The position numbers were made by a program, and so were the translations under genes. A DNA stretch of 41,615 nt, from IMG/VR virus record IMGVR_UViG_3300027744_000042, positions 1 through 41,615 of that record; one strand, written 5' to 3'. The notes under the pieces were generated by a model. That model worked only from the letters and a program-made list of their open reading frames with translations. It searched no databases and was not told the origin of the DNA. The stretch is from a virus. Taxonomy: Duplodnaviria; Caudoviricetes. This document shows, one piece after another, positions 33,799 through 41,615 of this stretch. The stretch's first letter is position 1; every line of letters starts with the position of its first letter.

Positions 33799-35408
33799 CG
33801 ACCAAGAATTAACTCAGAGAATCCAAACTCACCACGACTTGGATTGAAACGTTCTTTGAATAAGTCGACTCGTTTTTCAAGTTCATTCCGGTTTTGACGC
33901 TGTTTCATTGTTTTTCTTTGTTGTGGACTCAGAGCTGTAACTTGAGGCGTTGTTGTTGTTTGCGTTGTGGTTTTAAAATCAGGATTTGCATATCCTGTTC
34001 TAGGAGCCGTACCTAAGGTTTGCCTAAATTTTGAGATGAGTCCTTCTCCAGTCTGTCTGCGAGATGCTTCATCAGCAGCATTTGCAATTCGAATCGTAGT
34101 AAGACCAGCTGCAATTCCTGGAACAAAAGGAGCTAACGCAGGTGCAGCTGCAACAGCGGCGCCTGTTGCAAGTGCTGTAGGAATTCCACCAGCAAAATCA
34201 CCTGCCATGCGACCAAATCCTTGTAGAGGTTTTCCTTCGTAGAAGTCTTGAACTGCTTCACGAGAAGGTACCAAGTCTGCTGCACCAACACTTACAGCGC
34301 TTCTAAAACCTGCTCCAAGGTTCCCACGTCCTTCTAAAATGTTCTTACCAATTAAATAGTTCCTGGTACCTACAGTTTTTTGAAATGGTGTAAAATCAGG
34401 CGCTGGAGCAGTGCCTAATACACTTGGCTTTGATGCAGTAGAACCCCCATAAAATTCTGTGTATGGTTGAATTGGAAGTAATCTTTCTTTTCCTTTGGTA
34501 AACATTTGCACATTACCAGAAGATCCTCCATAAGCACCAGCAACATGCACTTCTGTCATTGGCCCAGCTAAACCAGCTTTTTCGTATAAATTGGCTCTCC
34601 AATCAACATCGCCTCCTGGCCTAAGTGTTCTAAAATCTTCTCTTACAGGAGTTAATTGTGAAACGGAACCAAAAGGTTTTTCAGCTTGTAAAATTTGTTC
34701 TTTAAAAGTATTAAGTGTTTCTTGTTTTAAATTTTCAGGCAACTTAAATCCACGTGAACTCCAGTGCGTTGGTGTTACTATTTGTCCACCTGGGCGGGTT
34801 ACAGCAGAAGATCTTTTTTCTATCCCTTCAAGTTGTTCTTTTGCGTAATCCCTTAAAGCACCTGATTCTGAAAGAGGTGTGCCTGCATCTTCTGCTAAAT
34901 AAGCAGCACGTGCATTTTGATAATTTCTTGGATCATTTAATAACTCTTTACTATCTATGGCGTTAACGTCTTTAACATTAGGTGCAGTCTCAAAACCATA
35001 ATCAATAGCTGTTCCAGTAGGAACACGAAAGTCTTTTAAAAACCGAGTTGCAGAACTTGTAGCTGTTCCTTCTGTTGGAAAAGGCAGTGTCTCAAATTTC
35101 ATTTGCCAAGGATTTCCAGTCCTTGGATCAACAGCTTTATTTATATTAACAATTGATTCTTGTTCTCCTGGTAATCCAAATAGCTCATTAGATTGAGGAA
35201 TTACACGTTTAACAGTTGGTCTATTCCCTGGTAGTTTATTTGCATTAAATGCGTCATCAACGACTGTGTTGGTATTTATTCCTTTGCGCCCAATAATATT
35301 TCCTTCGCCATAAAAATCAAGAATCTCTTGATCAGAAGTTGTATTGCGTAAATAATCGGTAAAAAAGTTGTCAACTTTTTGACGAATTGCCCCTTGCTGC
35401 TCTGGCAC
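33795..35408 (-). CDS. Late-style Gly/Ala-rich protein with hydrophobic C-terminal segment
   Basis: ORF track starts at TTG 35444, but a TGGTAGGAT -10 at 35435-35443 suggests GTG 35408. Confidence 0.65.
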   Translation of the reverse strand: MPEQQGAIRQKVDNFFTDYLRNTTSDQEILDFYGEGNIIGRKGINTNTVVDDAFNANKLPGNRPTVKRVIPQSNELFGLPGEQESIVNINKAVDPRTGNPWQMKFETLPFPTEGTATSSATRFLKDFRVPTGTAIDYGFETAPNVKDVNAIDSKELLNDPRNYQNARAAYLAEDAGTPLSESGALRDYAKEQLEGIEKRSSAVTRPGGQIVTPTHWSSRGFKLPENLKQETLNTFKEQILQAEKPFGSVSQLTPVREDFRTLRPGGDVDWRANLYEKAGLAGPMTEVHVAGAYGGSSGNVQMFTKGKERLLPIQPYTEFYGGSTASKPSVLGTAPAPDFTPFQKTVGTRNYLIGKNILEGRGNLGAGFRSAVSVGAADLVPSREAVQDFYEGKPLQGFGRMAGDFAGGIPTALATGAAVAAAPALAPFVPGIAAGLTTIRIANAADEASRRQTGEGLISKFRQTLGTAPRTGYANPDFKTTTQTTTTPQVTALSPQQRKTMKQRQNRNELEKRVDLFKERFNPSRGEFGFSELILGR

Positions 35409-35488
35409 TTTACTCAATGCTTTTTTCTCTTTCCATCCTACCAAATTCAGTACGTTGGATAAGGCGGATCAAATTGGATGGAGACTCA

Positions 35489-36118
35489 CTAATTAGCAGT
35501 AGTTGTTTCATATAAAAAATGATCGGATGTTTCTATCATGCGTGAATTTTCAACGCTGTACTCAGTTAAATCAATTTCATAACCAGGATTTTTTTCAATT
35601 CTGTTCTTAAGCCACGCATCATCGTACCAAATGATTCGGTTGTTGGGGTAGGCGTAGAAGTTACCGTCATCCATCCGGAAGAAGTGTGCACACTTGTGTT
35701 CAGGTGTCTCACTAAAATTGGTGTTAAGAGTTGATTTAGATTCCCAAGACCAGTCAATGGTAAACATGTAAATGCCGCTATTCTTCTCACCCTTGGAGTT
35801 AATCAGTTGTGCACGTAAATTTGAAAGCCGTGCCCTAACTTGTACGTCAACATAAGGAGAAAAACAATCCCACCACATGCAATCATTTAGTTCTGGCTTA
35901 GGCGCATCTGGTTTCCAACAAAGAGCATGGATAGGACGCCTTGTCCAGTTGACACCATTTTCTAGGAACACTTCAAACAACGGAACGTGTTTCTCCAGGG
36001 AGGCAACGGAGTGTACGTCACATAACGTTACATCGCCGTGCCCTTGCTTATGGTTGTATAGGAATTCGTTGCGAATGTAACAAGTAAATGTTGGCAGGTT
36101 GTGATTTAAGTAGCTCAT
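35489..36118 (-). CDS. Conserved phage hypothetical protein (YLNxNxP...WDCFS...EHKCxH...PNNR type)
   Basis: Motif recognition. Confidence 0.8.
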   Translation of the reverse strand: MSYLNHNLPTFTCYIRNEFLYNHKQGHGDVTLCDVHSVASLEKHVPLFEVFLENGVNWTRRPIHALCWKPDAPKPELNDCMWWDCFSPYVDVQVRARLSNLRAQLINSKGEKNSGIYMFTIDWSWESKSTLNTNFSETPEHKCAHFFRMDDGNFYAYPNNRIIWYDDAWLKNRIEKNPGYEIDLTEYSVENSRMIETSDHFLYETTTAN

Positions 36119-36177
36119 TTAAATTGTTAGCGCTCGCCTACTATAGTGCATTCAGCAAGCGCTGTGCACATAAAAAA

Positions 36178-36387
36178 TTACCTGTTTTTGTAACGTTTAG
36201 CAGCACGGACAGCTTTACCAGCTTTTTTTGCTGTCTCTGTATTAGGTACAAATTGTTTTCCTTCTCTACTGCCTGCACGTTTTTTGCGCTCAGTCTCTTC
36301 TCTTTCTTCTTTAGATAAAGAAGCCCACGCTTTCTCTGGAAGATATCTTTTGGTATAACCAGGTTGAATTGCTTTGTCGGCTGTCAT
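36178..36387 (-). CDS. DUF5872-like C-terminal half
   Basis: RYLPEKAWASLS...KKRAGSREGKQFVPN. Confidence 0.7.
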   Translation of the reverse strand: MTADKAIQPGYTKRYLPEKAWASLSKEEREETERKKRAGSREGKQFVPNTETAKKAGKAVRAAKRYKNR

Positions 36388-36653
36388 TGTTTTGATTCTT
36401 TGTGGGCTTTGGCTTTAGCTTTTGCTTTAGACCTTTTTTCATATTCATCTTTTGTTTGCCATTTTTCTTTGCCCCATTTTTGTAAAGACTTTTGTTTATC
36501 AGTTTTCTTACCGCTATAGCCGCCACCGGCTTTTTCATATTCCTGTGCAACAAGTTGCGCTTTACGTGCTGACCATTGGCCTGGTCGGCCGCCCTTGGAT
36601 CCAGCCATGACGCGATTTTTAATTTGCTCGCGCAGTTCTGGTTTAGTGTACAC
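36384..36653 (-). CDS. DUF5872-like N-terminal half
   Basis: YTKPELRE..KGGRPGQWSARKAQL..YEKAGGGY..QKSLxKWxxEKW; TGGTAGAAT box at 36679-36687. Confidence 0.75.
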   Translation of the reverse strand: MYTKPELREQIKNRVMAGSKGGRPGQWSARKAQLVAQEYEKAGGGYSGKKTDKQKSLQKWGKEKWQTKDEYEKRSKAKAKAKAHKESKQ

Positions 36654-36707
36654 TTTTATTTAGTGCTGTATCTTTGTTATTCTACCAATGCTTAGCGCAT
36701 TACACTA

Positions 36708-37160
36708 ATGACTGAACAAGAAGAGAAGTGGCACGAGCGGTTCATTAAGCTTGCTCATGAGGTTGCTACATGGAGCAAGGATCCCTCAACCAAAGTAGGT
36801 TGCATCCTTGTTAAAAACAAAAAAGTTATCTCAACTGGTTACAACGGATTTCCTAAAGGAATTAGTGACAGTTTTGATCGACTTATGGATCGTGAACAAA
36901 AGTATGAGATTACTGTACATGCTGAAATCAATGCTGTTACCACTGCTGCGCTTCACGGTGTCAGCACTGAAGGAGCTTCTGCTTACATTACTTGGAATCC
37001 ATGCTCTCGCTGTGCTGCTGTACTTATTAATGCAGGCATCAACTGCGTTTATGTAAGTACCAAACACCAAATCCCTGACCGTTGGCTTTCTAATTTTATT
37101 TTGGCCAGCAAGATCCTTGCCGAGGCTGGAGTAGAGTACAAAACGATCGATCCTTTCTAA
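36708..37160 (+). CDS. dCMP deaminase (ComEB-like)
   Basis: SKDPSTKVG, GYNGFP, HAExNA, PCxxC. Confidence 0.92.
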   Translation: MTEQEEKWHERFIKLAHEVATWSKDPSTKVGCILVKNKKVISTGYNGFPKGISDSFDRLMDREQKYEITVHAEINAVTTAALHGVSTEGASAYITWNPCSRCAAVLINAGINCVYVSTKHQIPDRWLSNFILASKILAEAGVEYKTIDPF

Positions 37161-37173
37161 CCCCACACCAGTC

Positions 37174-37917
37174 ATGAACACGTTTTTAAGCACCGTCATC
37201 TACAAAGGAGAGCGGTTTATGGACAATGGGCTCCGCTTTATGGAGATGGTTGTCCCCAACACAGGCTCATCGGGCAGTGACGTGCCGCTTCTTGTTGTGC
37301 CAAACCGAGCTGCCGGTGAGAACTTTGATGTTTTTCAACCTGGTGCACGTATTTTGCTTGGCGGACGTTTGTATCCAAACAAACAAGATTACAAGATGTA
37401 TGTCATTCCCAATCAACAATTTGTGTTGGTAAATGACAAGAATTTGAGCATTAACAAAGTTAATATTTCTGGTAGTGTTGGTTACATTCCAGATCAAACA
37501 AAAGATGATTTGTTTACATTTACTGTAATGTGCTCTGCTCCTGCCCAAGTGGTTCTTGACCACAACTGGGACGACAGCCTCAGCTTCCGCATGGAGAGCT
37601 GGGGTGAAGATGCCAGGCGTTTGGACAAAATGCTTCACGTTGGTCGCCAGGTAAGCGTGGAGGGGATTTTACGCTACAACACGTGGAAGGCGCAAGACGG
37701 TAACATGCGCGGCAGCTACCAGGTGCGGGTTCGTGCAGGGCTTTATGCTGCTTTTGGTAAGAACAAAAAGCTTGTAAATCAACAAGAGAATAGTTCTGAA
37801 ACAAGTGTTAAGAAGGTAGAAGTAGAGGCAACAGCTCCAGTTGTGACACTTCCGTTTGTTTCGGCAAATGTTGAGACTTGTCCTTCTTCTGTTAATTTAG
37901 ATAACATCCCGTTCTGA
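37174..37917 (+). CDS. ssb: SSB-like protein with two OB folds
   Basis: Second domain LHVGRQVSVEGILRYNTWKAQDG; first domain PGARILLGGRL; C-terminal DNIPF. Confidence 0.75.
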   Translation: MNTFLSTVIYKGERFMDNGLRFMEMVVPNTGSSGSDVPLLVVPNRAAGENFDVFQPGARILLGGRLYPNKQDYKMYVIPNQQFVLVNDKNLSINKVNISGSVGYIPDQTKDDLFTFTVMCSAPAQVVLDHNWDDSLSFRMESWGEDARRLDKMLHVGRQVSVEGILRYNTWKAQDGNMRGSYQVRVRAGLYAAFGKNKKLVNQQENSSETSVKKVEVEATAPVVTLPFVSANVETCPSSVNLDNIPF

Positions 37918-37933
37918 TAAGTTTTACTTATAT

Positions 37934-37979
37934 AAGAGCGGCAACTTGTAAGTAAACTTTACAGGCTGCTGCTCTTTTT
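37934..37979 (+). terminator. Long hairpin plus U-tract after the SSB gene
   Basis: AAGAGCGGCA..CTTGTAAG-TAAA-CTTTACAGG..TGCTGCTCTT-TTT. Confidence 0.6.
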
Positions 37980-38010
37980 GGGTACCTTGGCGACCTAAGC
38001 TAAGGGTTCA

Positions 38011-38034
38011 CGTCCGGTACGACGTTAAACTGCC
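38011..38034 (+). ncRNA. H-type pseudoknot leader, copy 3
   Basis: Identical to 16015-16038. Confidence 0.65.
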
Positions 38035-38056
38035 ACTAACCTCAACACCAAATGTA

Positions 38057-38974
38057 ATGTCTGTTCTTTCTCGTTATCTCAACGCTGAAAAGTACCAAGG
38101 AGTTCTTCGTGACTTCTGCAATTGCCAAATTCTTAATGACAAAACTAAGCCTGGTCTCTTTCTTAAAGACACTGTGCTTGCTCGTATTGGGTGGAATGGT
38201 ACTGCTGCACAATTCCCCTCAGCAGAAGAATATGAACACACCTACAACAACGGTGATAGCAACAAAGGTATCTTCTTTAAAACTCCGCGCATGCTCGTAC
38301 TGCATTGCGGATTTCGTAAAGATGTAACCTTTATTGAGAACTCTGAAAAAGGTGGAATTGAAGGGCTTTATCCCCGTGATTCATATCTTTATGACAACTG
38401 GAAAGAAGCGAACCCTAACAAGCCTTCGCCTTACAAGCGTCGTCGTTTGATTCTTGTTTTCCTTGTAGACGAGAACGGAACTCCTGCCCATAAGAAGCCT
38501 ATTCTTCTTTCAATTCACGGCGGAGCTTCTAATCTCTTTACTGATGCTTATGGCGCTTTTGTTGAGCAGCTGGAGTCAGTGTTTGCAGAGGCAATGGAAA
38601 TCAAAGGTGCTGTTGGGTTTGACCCCAAGCAAGCAGCAGCTGCAATCTTTACTCCTACATTTGGTGCGCAGCTGTACGGAGAAGAGAACAAAAGCTGGAT
38701 TGCTTATCCGAAGTCTTGGGTTGTCCCTACCGTCAAAACTATTGGAGATTTCTTTCCTAAAGCTGACGCAGACATCGACTTCATTGAAGATGTTTTTGGA
38801 ACTTGCCCGCCTGAAATCTATGCCAAATCTTTCTTCCAGCAATGTGAAAAAGAGATTGGTTATCACGCTATCAAAGAAGGTCTTGATTTCACGCTTCCTC
38901 CAGTCAATGCAGGCGGTAGCAGCAAAGTTCTTCTTGGTGCCCGTGATGCTGACACAGGCGAAATTACTCTTTAG
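38057..38974 (+). CDS. Replication-module protein (DUF5895-like; possible ssDNA-binding/annealing protein)
   Basis: TPRMLVL, LVFLVDENGTPAHKKPILLSIHG; DxxTGEI acidic tail; follows SSB. Confidence 0.55.
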   Translation: MSVLSRYLNAEKYQGVLRDFCNCQILNDKTKPGLFLKDTVLARIGWNGTAAQFPSAEEYEHTYNNGDSNKGIFFKTPRMLVLHCGFRKDVTFIENSEKGGIEGLYPRDSYLYDNWKEANPNKPSPYKRRRLILVFLVDENGTPAHKKPILLSIHGGASNLFTDAYGAFVEQLESVFAEAMEIKGAVGFDPKQAAAAIFTPTFGAQLYGEENKSWIAYPKSWVVPTVKTIGDFFPKADADIDFIEDVFGTCPPEIYAKSFFQQCEKEIGYHAIKEGLDFTLPPVNAGGSSKVLLGARDADTGEITL

Positions 38975-38976
38975 TC

Positions 38977-39037
38977 AAAAAAGGGAGTTATCTCTCCTTT
39001 TTTAACCTTATAAGGGGAGCTATAACTCCCCTTTTTT
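38977..39037. terminator. Two tandem terminator hairpins (the first bidirectional)
   Basis: A6GGGAG-TTATCT-CTCC-T6 and AAGGGGAG-CTATAA-CTCCCC-T6. Confidence 0.75.
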
Positions 39038-39040
39038 CTT

Positions 39041-39298
39041 ATGGGTGGAGCTAAAACTGATCTTAAAAAAGCACTCAAAACTTATGGCTGGGCACTAGAA
39101 CGTCACGGCACACGCCATGATTTGTACCGTAAAGCCGGTGAGTTGCTTTCAATTCCGACAGGTACAAAGATGTATTCAAGAGCTGTCATGAACATCATGC
39201 AGCAAATAAAAGGCAAAAGTAAACGTTTTAGTCTTCGTGTTCAGAACGAATTGCCTTGCTTTCAAGAGCACCCAACCGATTTACAAGGCCACGAATAA
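39041..39298 (+). CDS. HicA-like (dsRBD-fold) protein
   Basis: LKKALKTYGW..ERHGTRHDLYRK....SIP. Confidence 0.7.
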   Translation: MGGAKTDLKKALKTYGWALERHGTRHDLYRKAGELLSIPTGTKMYSRAVMNIMQQIKGKSKRFSLRVQNELPCFQEHPTDLQGHE

Positions 39299-39473
39299 AT
39301 GCTTGGCGCATAACTGCAAGCTCTAAGAGTTTTATTGCGCCTTGCTTCATTACTTCAATGTCTGTTACGTTTTCTAACTCACGTTTAATTTTTGTTAACA
39401 AGAACTGATCTTCCAGCGTTTGTTCAAACGCGTTTCCTTCAAACGGAATTTCAAAAATTTCAAACTTGGACAT
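39228..39473 (-). CDS. nblA: NblA-like phycobilisome degradation adaptor
   Basis: TLEDQF...K...KLLELxVMRQAF..LV follows the NblA pattern LxLEQxF...K..L.KLYE..xRxA....L. Confidence 0.65.
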   Translation of the reverse strand: MSKFEIFEIPFEGNAFEQTLEDQFLLTKIKRELENVTDIEVMKQGAIKLLELAVMRQAFIRGLVNRLGALESKAIRSEHED

Positions 39474-39539
39474 TAATCCCAAGCGTAAGTGCTTACTTTA
39501 ACGCCAATTGACCTTGTGTCAAGTAATTTTGTTATCTGC

Positions 39540-39567
39540 TTGACCCCAGTGGGTTTGGCGGTAAACT
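39540..39567 (+). promoter_or_regulatory. Sigma70-like promoter TTGACC-N16-TAAACT
   Basis: Upstream of ATG 39595. Confidence 0.5.
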
Positions 39568-39594
39568 ACCCCTGTACCCCTTGCACCTCTTTAA

Positions 39595-39735
39595 ATGGCC
39601 ACTAAAAAATCTTTGAGCGGCAGTGCTCATATCGAAAGCACGCCTAAGCGTACGTCTGTGGGCCAGGGCAAACGTAAGCGCGGCTCTTGGGCTATCCAAC
39701 GCAAAAAGCCCATGCGCGGCCAAGGCAAAGGTTGA
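39595..39735 (+). CDS. 46-aa very basic protein (PKxTxxGQG...RGQG type; not in the ORF track)
   Basis: MATKKSLSGSAHIESTPKRTSVGQGKRKRGSWAIQRKKPMRGQGKG; translated by hand. Confidence 0.7.
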   Translation: MATKKSLSGSAHIESTPKRTSVGQGKRKRGSWAIQRKKPMRGQGKG

Positions 39736-39786
39736 GTGCAGACATCTTTACCTTTTTAATTTTTTAATCAACCTTTTGTACACACC

Positions 39787-40071
39787 ATGAAATTATTTCG
39801 ACTCAAAAAATGGGACGATTTTGGTCTAGAAATTTTGTTAGAACTTATGTCTTGGAAACGTTTCAACGTTTGCACATGTACATACAGTTGTAGCGATCTG
39901 TATAAACCAAAAGGATTTTTGCCTGAACTTTGTTTAAGTATTTCAATGTTTCGTTGGCATACTGTAGTTGTTGTAAACGTTGTTTATAGCAATCATTTTT
40001 TTGAAATTAATTTATTTCAGAAAACTGATGAAGATTACACATCATCTATAACACCTTTATTGGAGTTTTAA
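39787..40071 (+). CDS. AT-rich hypothetical protein
   Basis: CACACC-ATG start context like other genes in this arm. Confidence 0.5.
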   Translation: MKLFRLKKWDDFGLEILLELMSWKRFNVCTCTYSCSDLYKPKGFLPELCLSISMFRWHTVVVVNVVYSNHFFEINLFQKTDEDYTSSITPLLEF

Positions 40072-40117
40072 AAAGTTAACAATTTTATTGTCAAAAACGC
40101 TGCTATTTTTACTAACA

Positions 40118-40726
40118 ATGGCTGACAAACTATCCTTGATTCAAATTGCTGAATCAATCCAACACATCAGTTTTCTTAAAGATTTGCCTGACACAGGTGA
40201 AGATGAGCGTGCAACGCTTGAACAACACCTTAGTGACTTGGCTTCCCGCCAGGTGGCAAAATTTGATGCTGTTATTGGCATGATTAAAAAGTGTGATGCT
40301 TACATAGAAGCATTGCAGAATGAAATGGAAGAGGTTAAAACTAATCTTGATTCTTGGAAAAAGAATCGAGACAAAATAATTTCTATTGTTAAGTTTGCTT
40401 ATCAACAAGACTTGATTGATAGCAGGCCAACAGGTATTAAGTATCAAGCAACTATTAAGAAAGTTAAACCACGTTTGGTGGATAACTTTGATAACTGGAA
40501 TGAAGATGAACGTGCTGAGTTTGGCTTGAGAAAGACCACAACTGTTACACGCATCAAAGATAACGCAGTTATTGAAGTAAAACAAGAAGATCTTCCTGAC
40601 AAAGATCGCGTTCGCAACGAACTTACTATTGACTCAGGTTTAGCCCCAGTATCAGCGCAGTTGGTTCAGGGGTATTCTTTTGTTTATGAAAGGCGTAAGC
40701 GGTTAACAGCTCCTGATGCACACTAA
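40118..40726 (+). CDS. Siphovirus Gp157-like coiled-coil protein
   Basis: KFDxxxxMIK...coiled coil...PDKDRVRNEL...AQLV. Confidence 0.65.
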   Translation: MADKLSLIQIAESIQHISFLKDLPDTGEDERATLEQHLSDLASRQVAKFDAVIGMIKKCDAYIEALQNEMEEVKTNLDSWKKNRDKIISIVKFAYQQDLIDSRPTGIKYQATIKKVKPRLVDNFDNWNEDERAEFGLRKTTTVTRIKDNAVIEVKQEDLPDKDRVRNELTIDSGLAPVSAQLVQGYSFVYERRKRLTAPDAH

Positions 40727-40887
40727 GTTGTTCCGTATTTGGGCCAAAGCACTAGGAGAAAAAGCTTCTGAGCGTAAAGCAGAAGCAGACATGCATGCCG
40801 TAACAAAACTTAATAGTATTAAGTCCCCTACCCCCCTTGCGGTTTACCGTAAAAGGAATTATTCTGTGCACACCCTCCTTCATTGCC

Positions 40888-41199
40888 ATGCCTAACCAGT
40901 ATTTCATTAATGACTCTGCCAACTATGCAGAAAGTTTTCAGCAGTACGTTACTAACTACAGTTCGTTAATGCGCATGGTTGAAGCAAGTTGTTTTGCTTT
41001 TCAAGAAGTTTCTGGCAAAGAGTTATTTGACATGACTGGAGATCTTATGTATTCAGCTAATGTGTTTTACAAAAAACAAAACAACATTGAAGATGAAGAC
41101 ACTTCTTTTACTACTTACGTCAACAAAAATGAATTAAAAACTATGCTTGCTGAAGTTGTTCAAGAATATTTCAACAACGCAAGTATTAAAAATGACTAA
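40888..41199 (+). CDS. Hypothetical protein
   Basis: ATG 40888. Confidence 0.6.
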   Translation: MPNQYFINDSANYAESFQQYVTNYSSLMRMVEASCFAFQEVSGKELFDMTGDLMYSANVFYKKQNNIEDEDTSFTTYVNKNELKTMLAEVVQEYFNNASIKND

Positions 41200-41407
41200 T
41201 CCTTCTTATTTTCTTGAGGTTAGTGAGGAAGGTGTTATTGTCTTTCCTGATGAACTCATGGAACGCATGAATTGGAAGGAAAATGATGAACTGTTTTTCC
41301 GTGATTTAGGTAACGGAACTTTTCACATTTCTACAGTTCCTTATGATGCAAAAGATTTAACTTCTGAAATTATTACCCCAGTGGAGAGCAATCAGGATGA
41401 GGCTTAA
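41192..41407 (+). CDS. AbrB/SpoVT-type DNA-binding protein
   Basis: GVIVFPDELMERMNWKENDELFF. Confidence 0.75.
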   Translation: MTNPSYFLEVSEEGVIVFPDELMERMNWKENDELFFRDLGNGTFHISTVPYDAKDLTSEIITPVESNQDEA

Positions 41408-41615
41408 AATTGTTCGAGAAAATCTTGTTCGACGTATGTCTGTCAACTACGTCGCTTACTTAGGGCAAGCTACTGATTACCCTAAAAACGCAACACAAGA
41501 TTGGTGTGCTGGTTATTTTCATGCAAAAAAAGATGTAGAAAATTTCTTAAAACAATTGGAAATATATGAACCTTTTGAAGAAGAGGAAGAAGAAAAACAG
41601 ATAACAAATGAGTAA
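41397..41615 (+). CDS. Hypothetical protein
   Basis: ORF track. Confidence 0.55.
   Translation: MRLKIVRENLVRRMSVNYVAYLGQATDYPKNATQDWCAGYFHAKKDVENFLKQLEIYEPFEEEEEEKQITNE

Noticed and set aside
39532-39723. 63-aa minus-strand ORF
   Set aside because: Shadow of the 46-aa basic + strand gene

Overview
41.6 kb of a tailed dsDNA phage genome, most likely a cyanophage (NblA-like gene, T7/cyanopodovirus-type family A DNA polymerase, ThyX). Positions 1-13559 form a leftward late arm: Q/P-rich scaffold-like protein, portal, AbrB-type regulator, large terminase and a run of Ala/Gly/Gln-rich virion-like proteins. From about 13800 a rightward early/middle arm holds many short genes, then two SSBs, a SLOG/DprA-like protein, a PcfJ-like protein, a Cys-rich gp88-like protein, RlpA-like DPBB, ThyX, DNA polymerase, dCMP deaminase, HicA-like and Gp157-like proteins. 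The most notable content is non-coding. Intergenic gaps in the early arm contain two complete type II hammerhead ribozymes, four copies of a bistable U/M/D hairpin element, two tRNA-minihelix-like three-way junctions, three copies of a small H-type pseudoknot (one in the early block, two further downstream) and a six-copy promoter-like motif. At 30295-30591 lies a ~300-nt multi-domain RNA with tandem duplicated junction domains. All protein family calls and RNA folds were made by eye from motifs and base-pairing; no database search or folding program was run.
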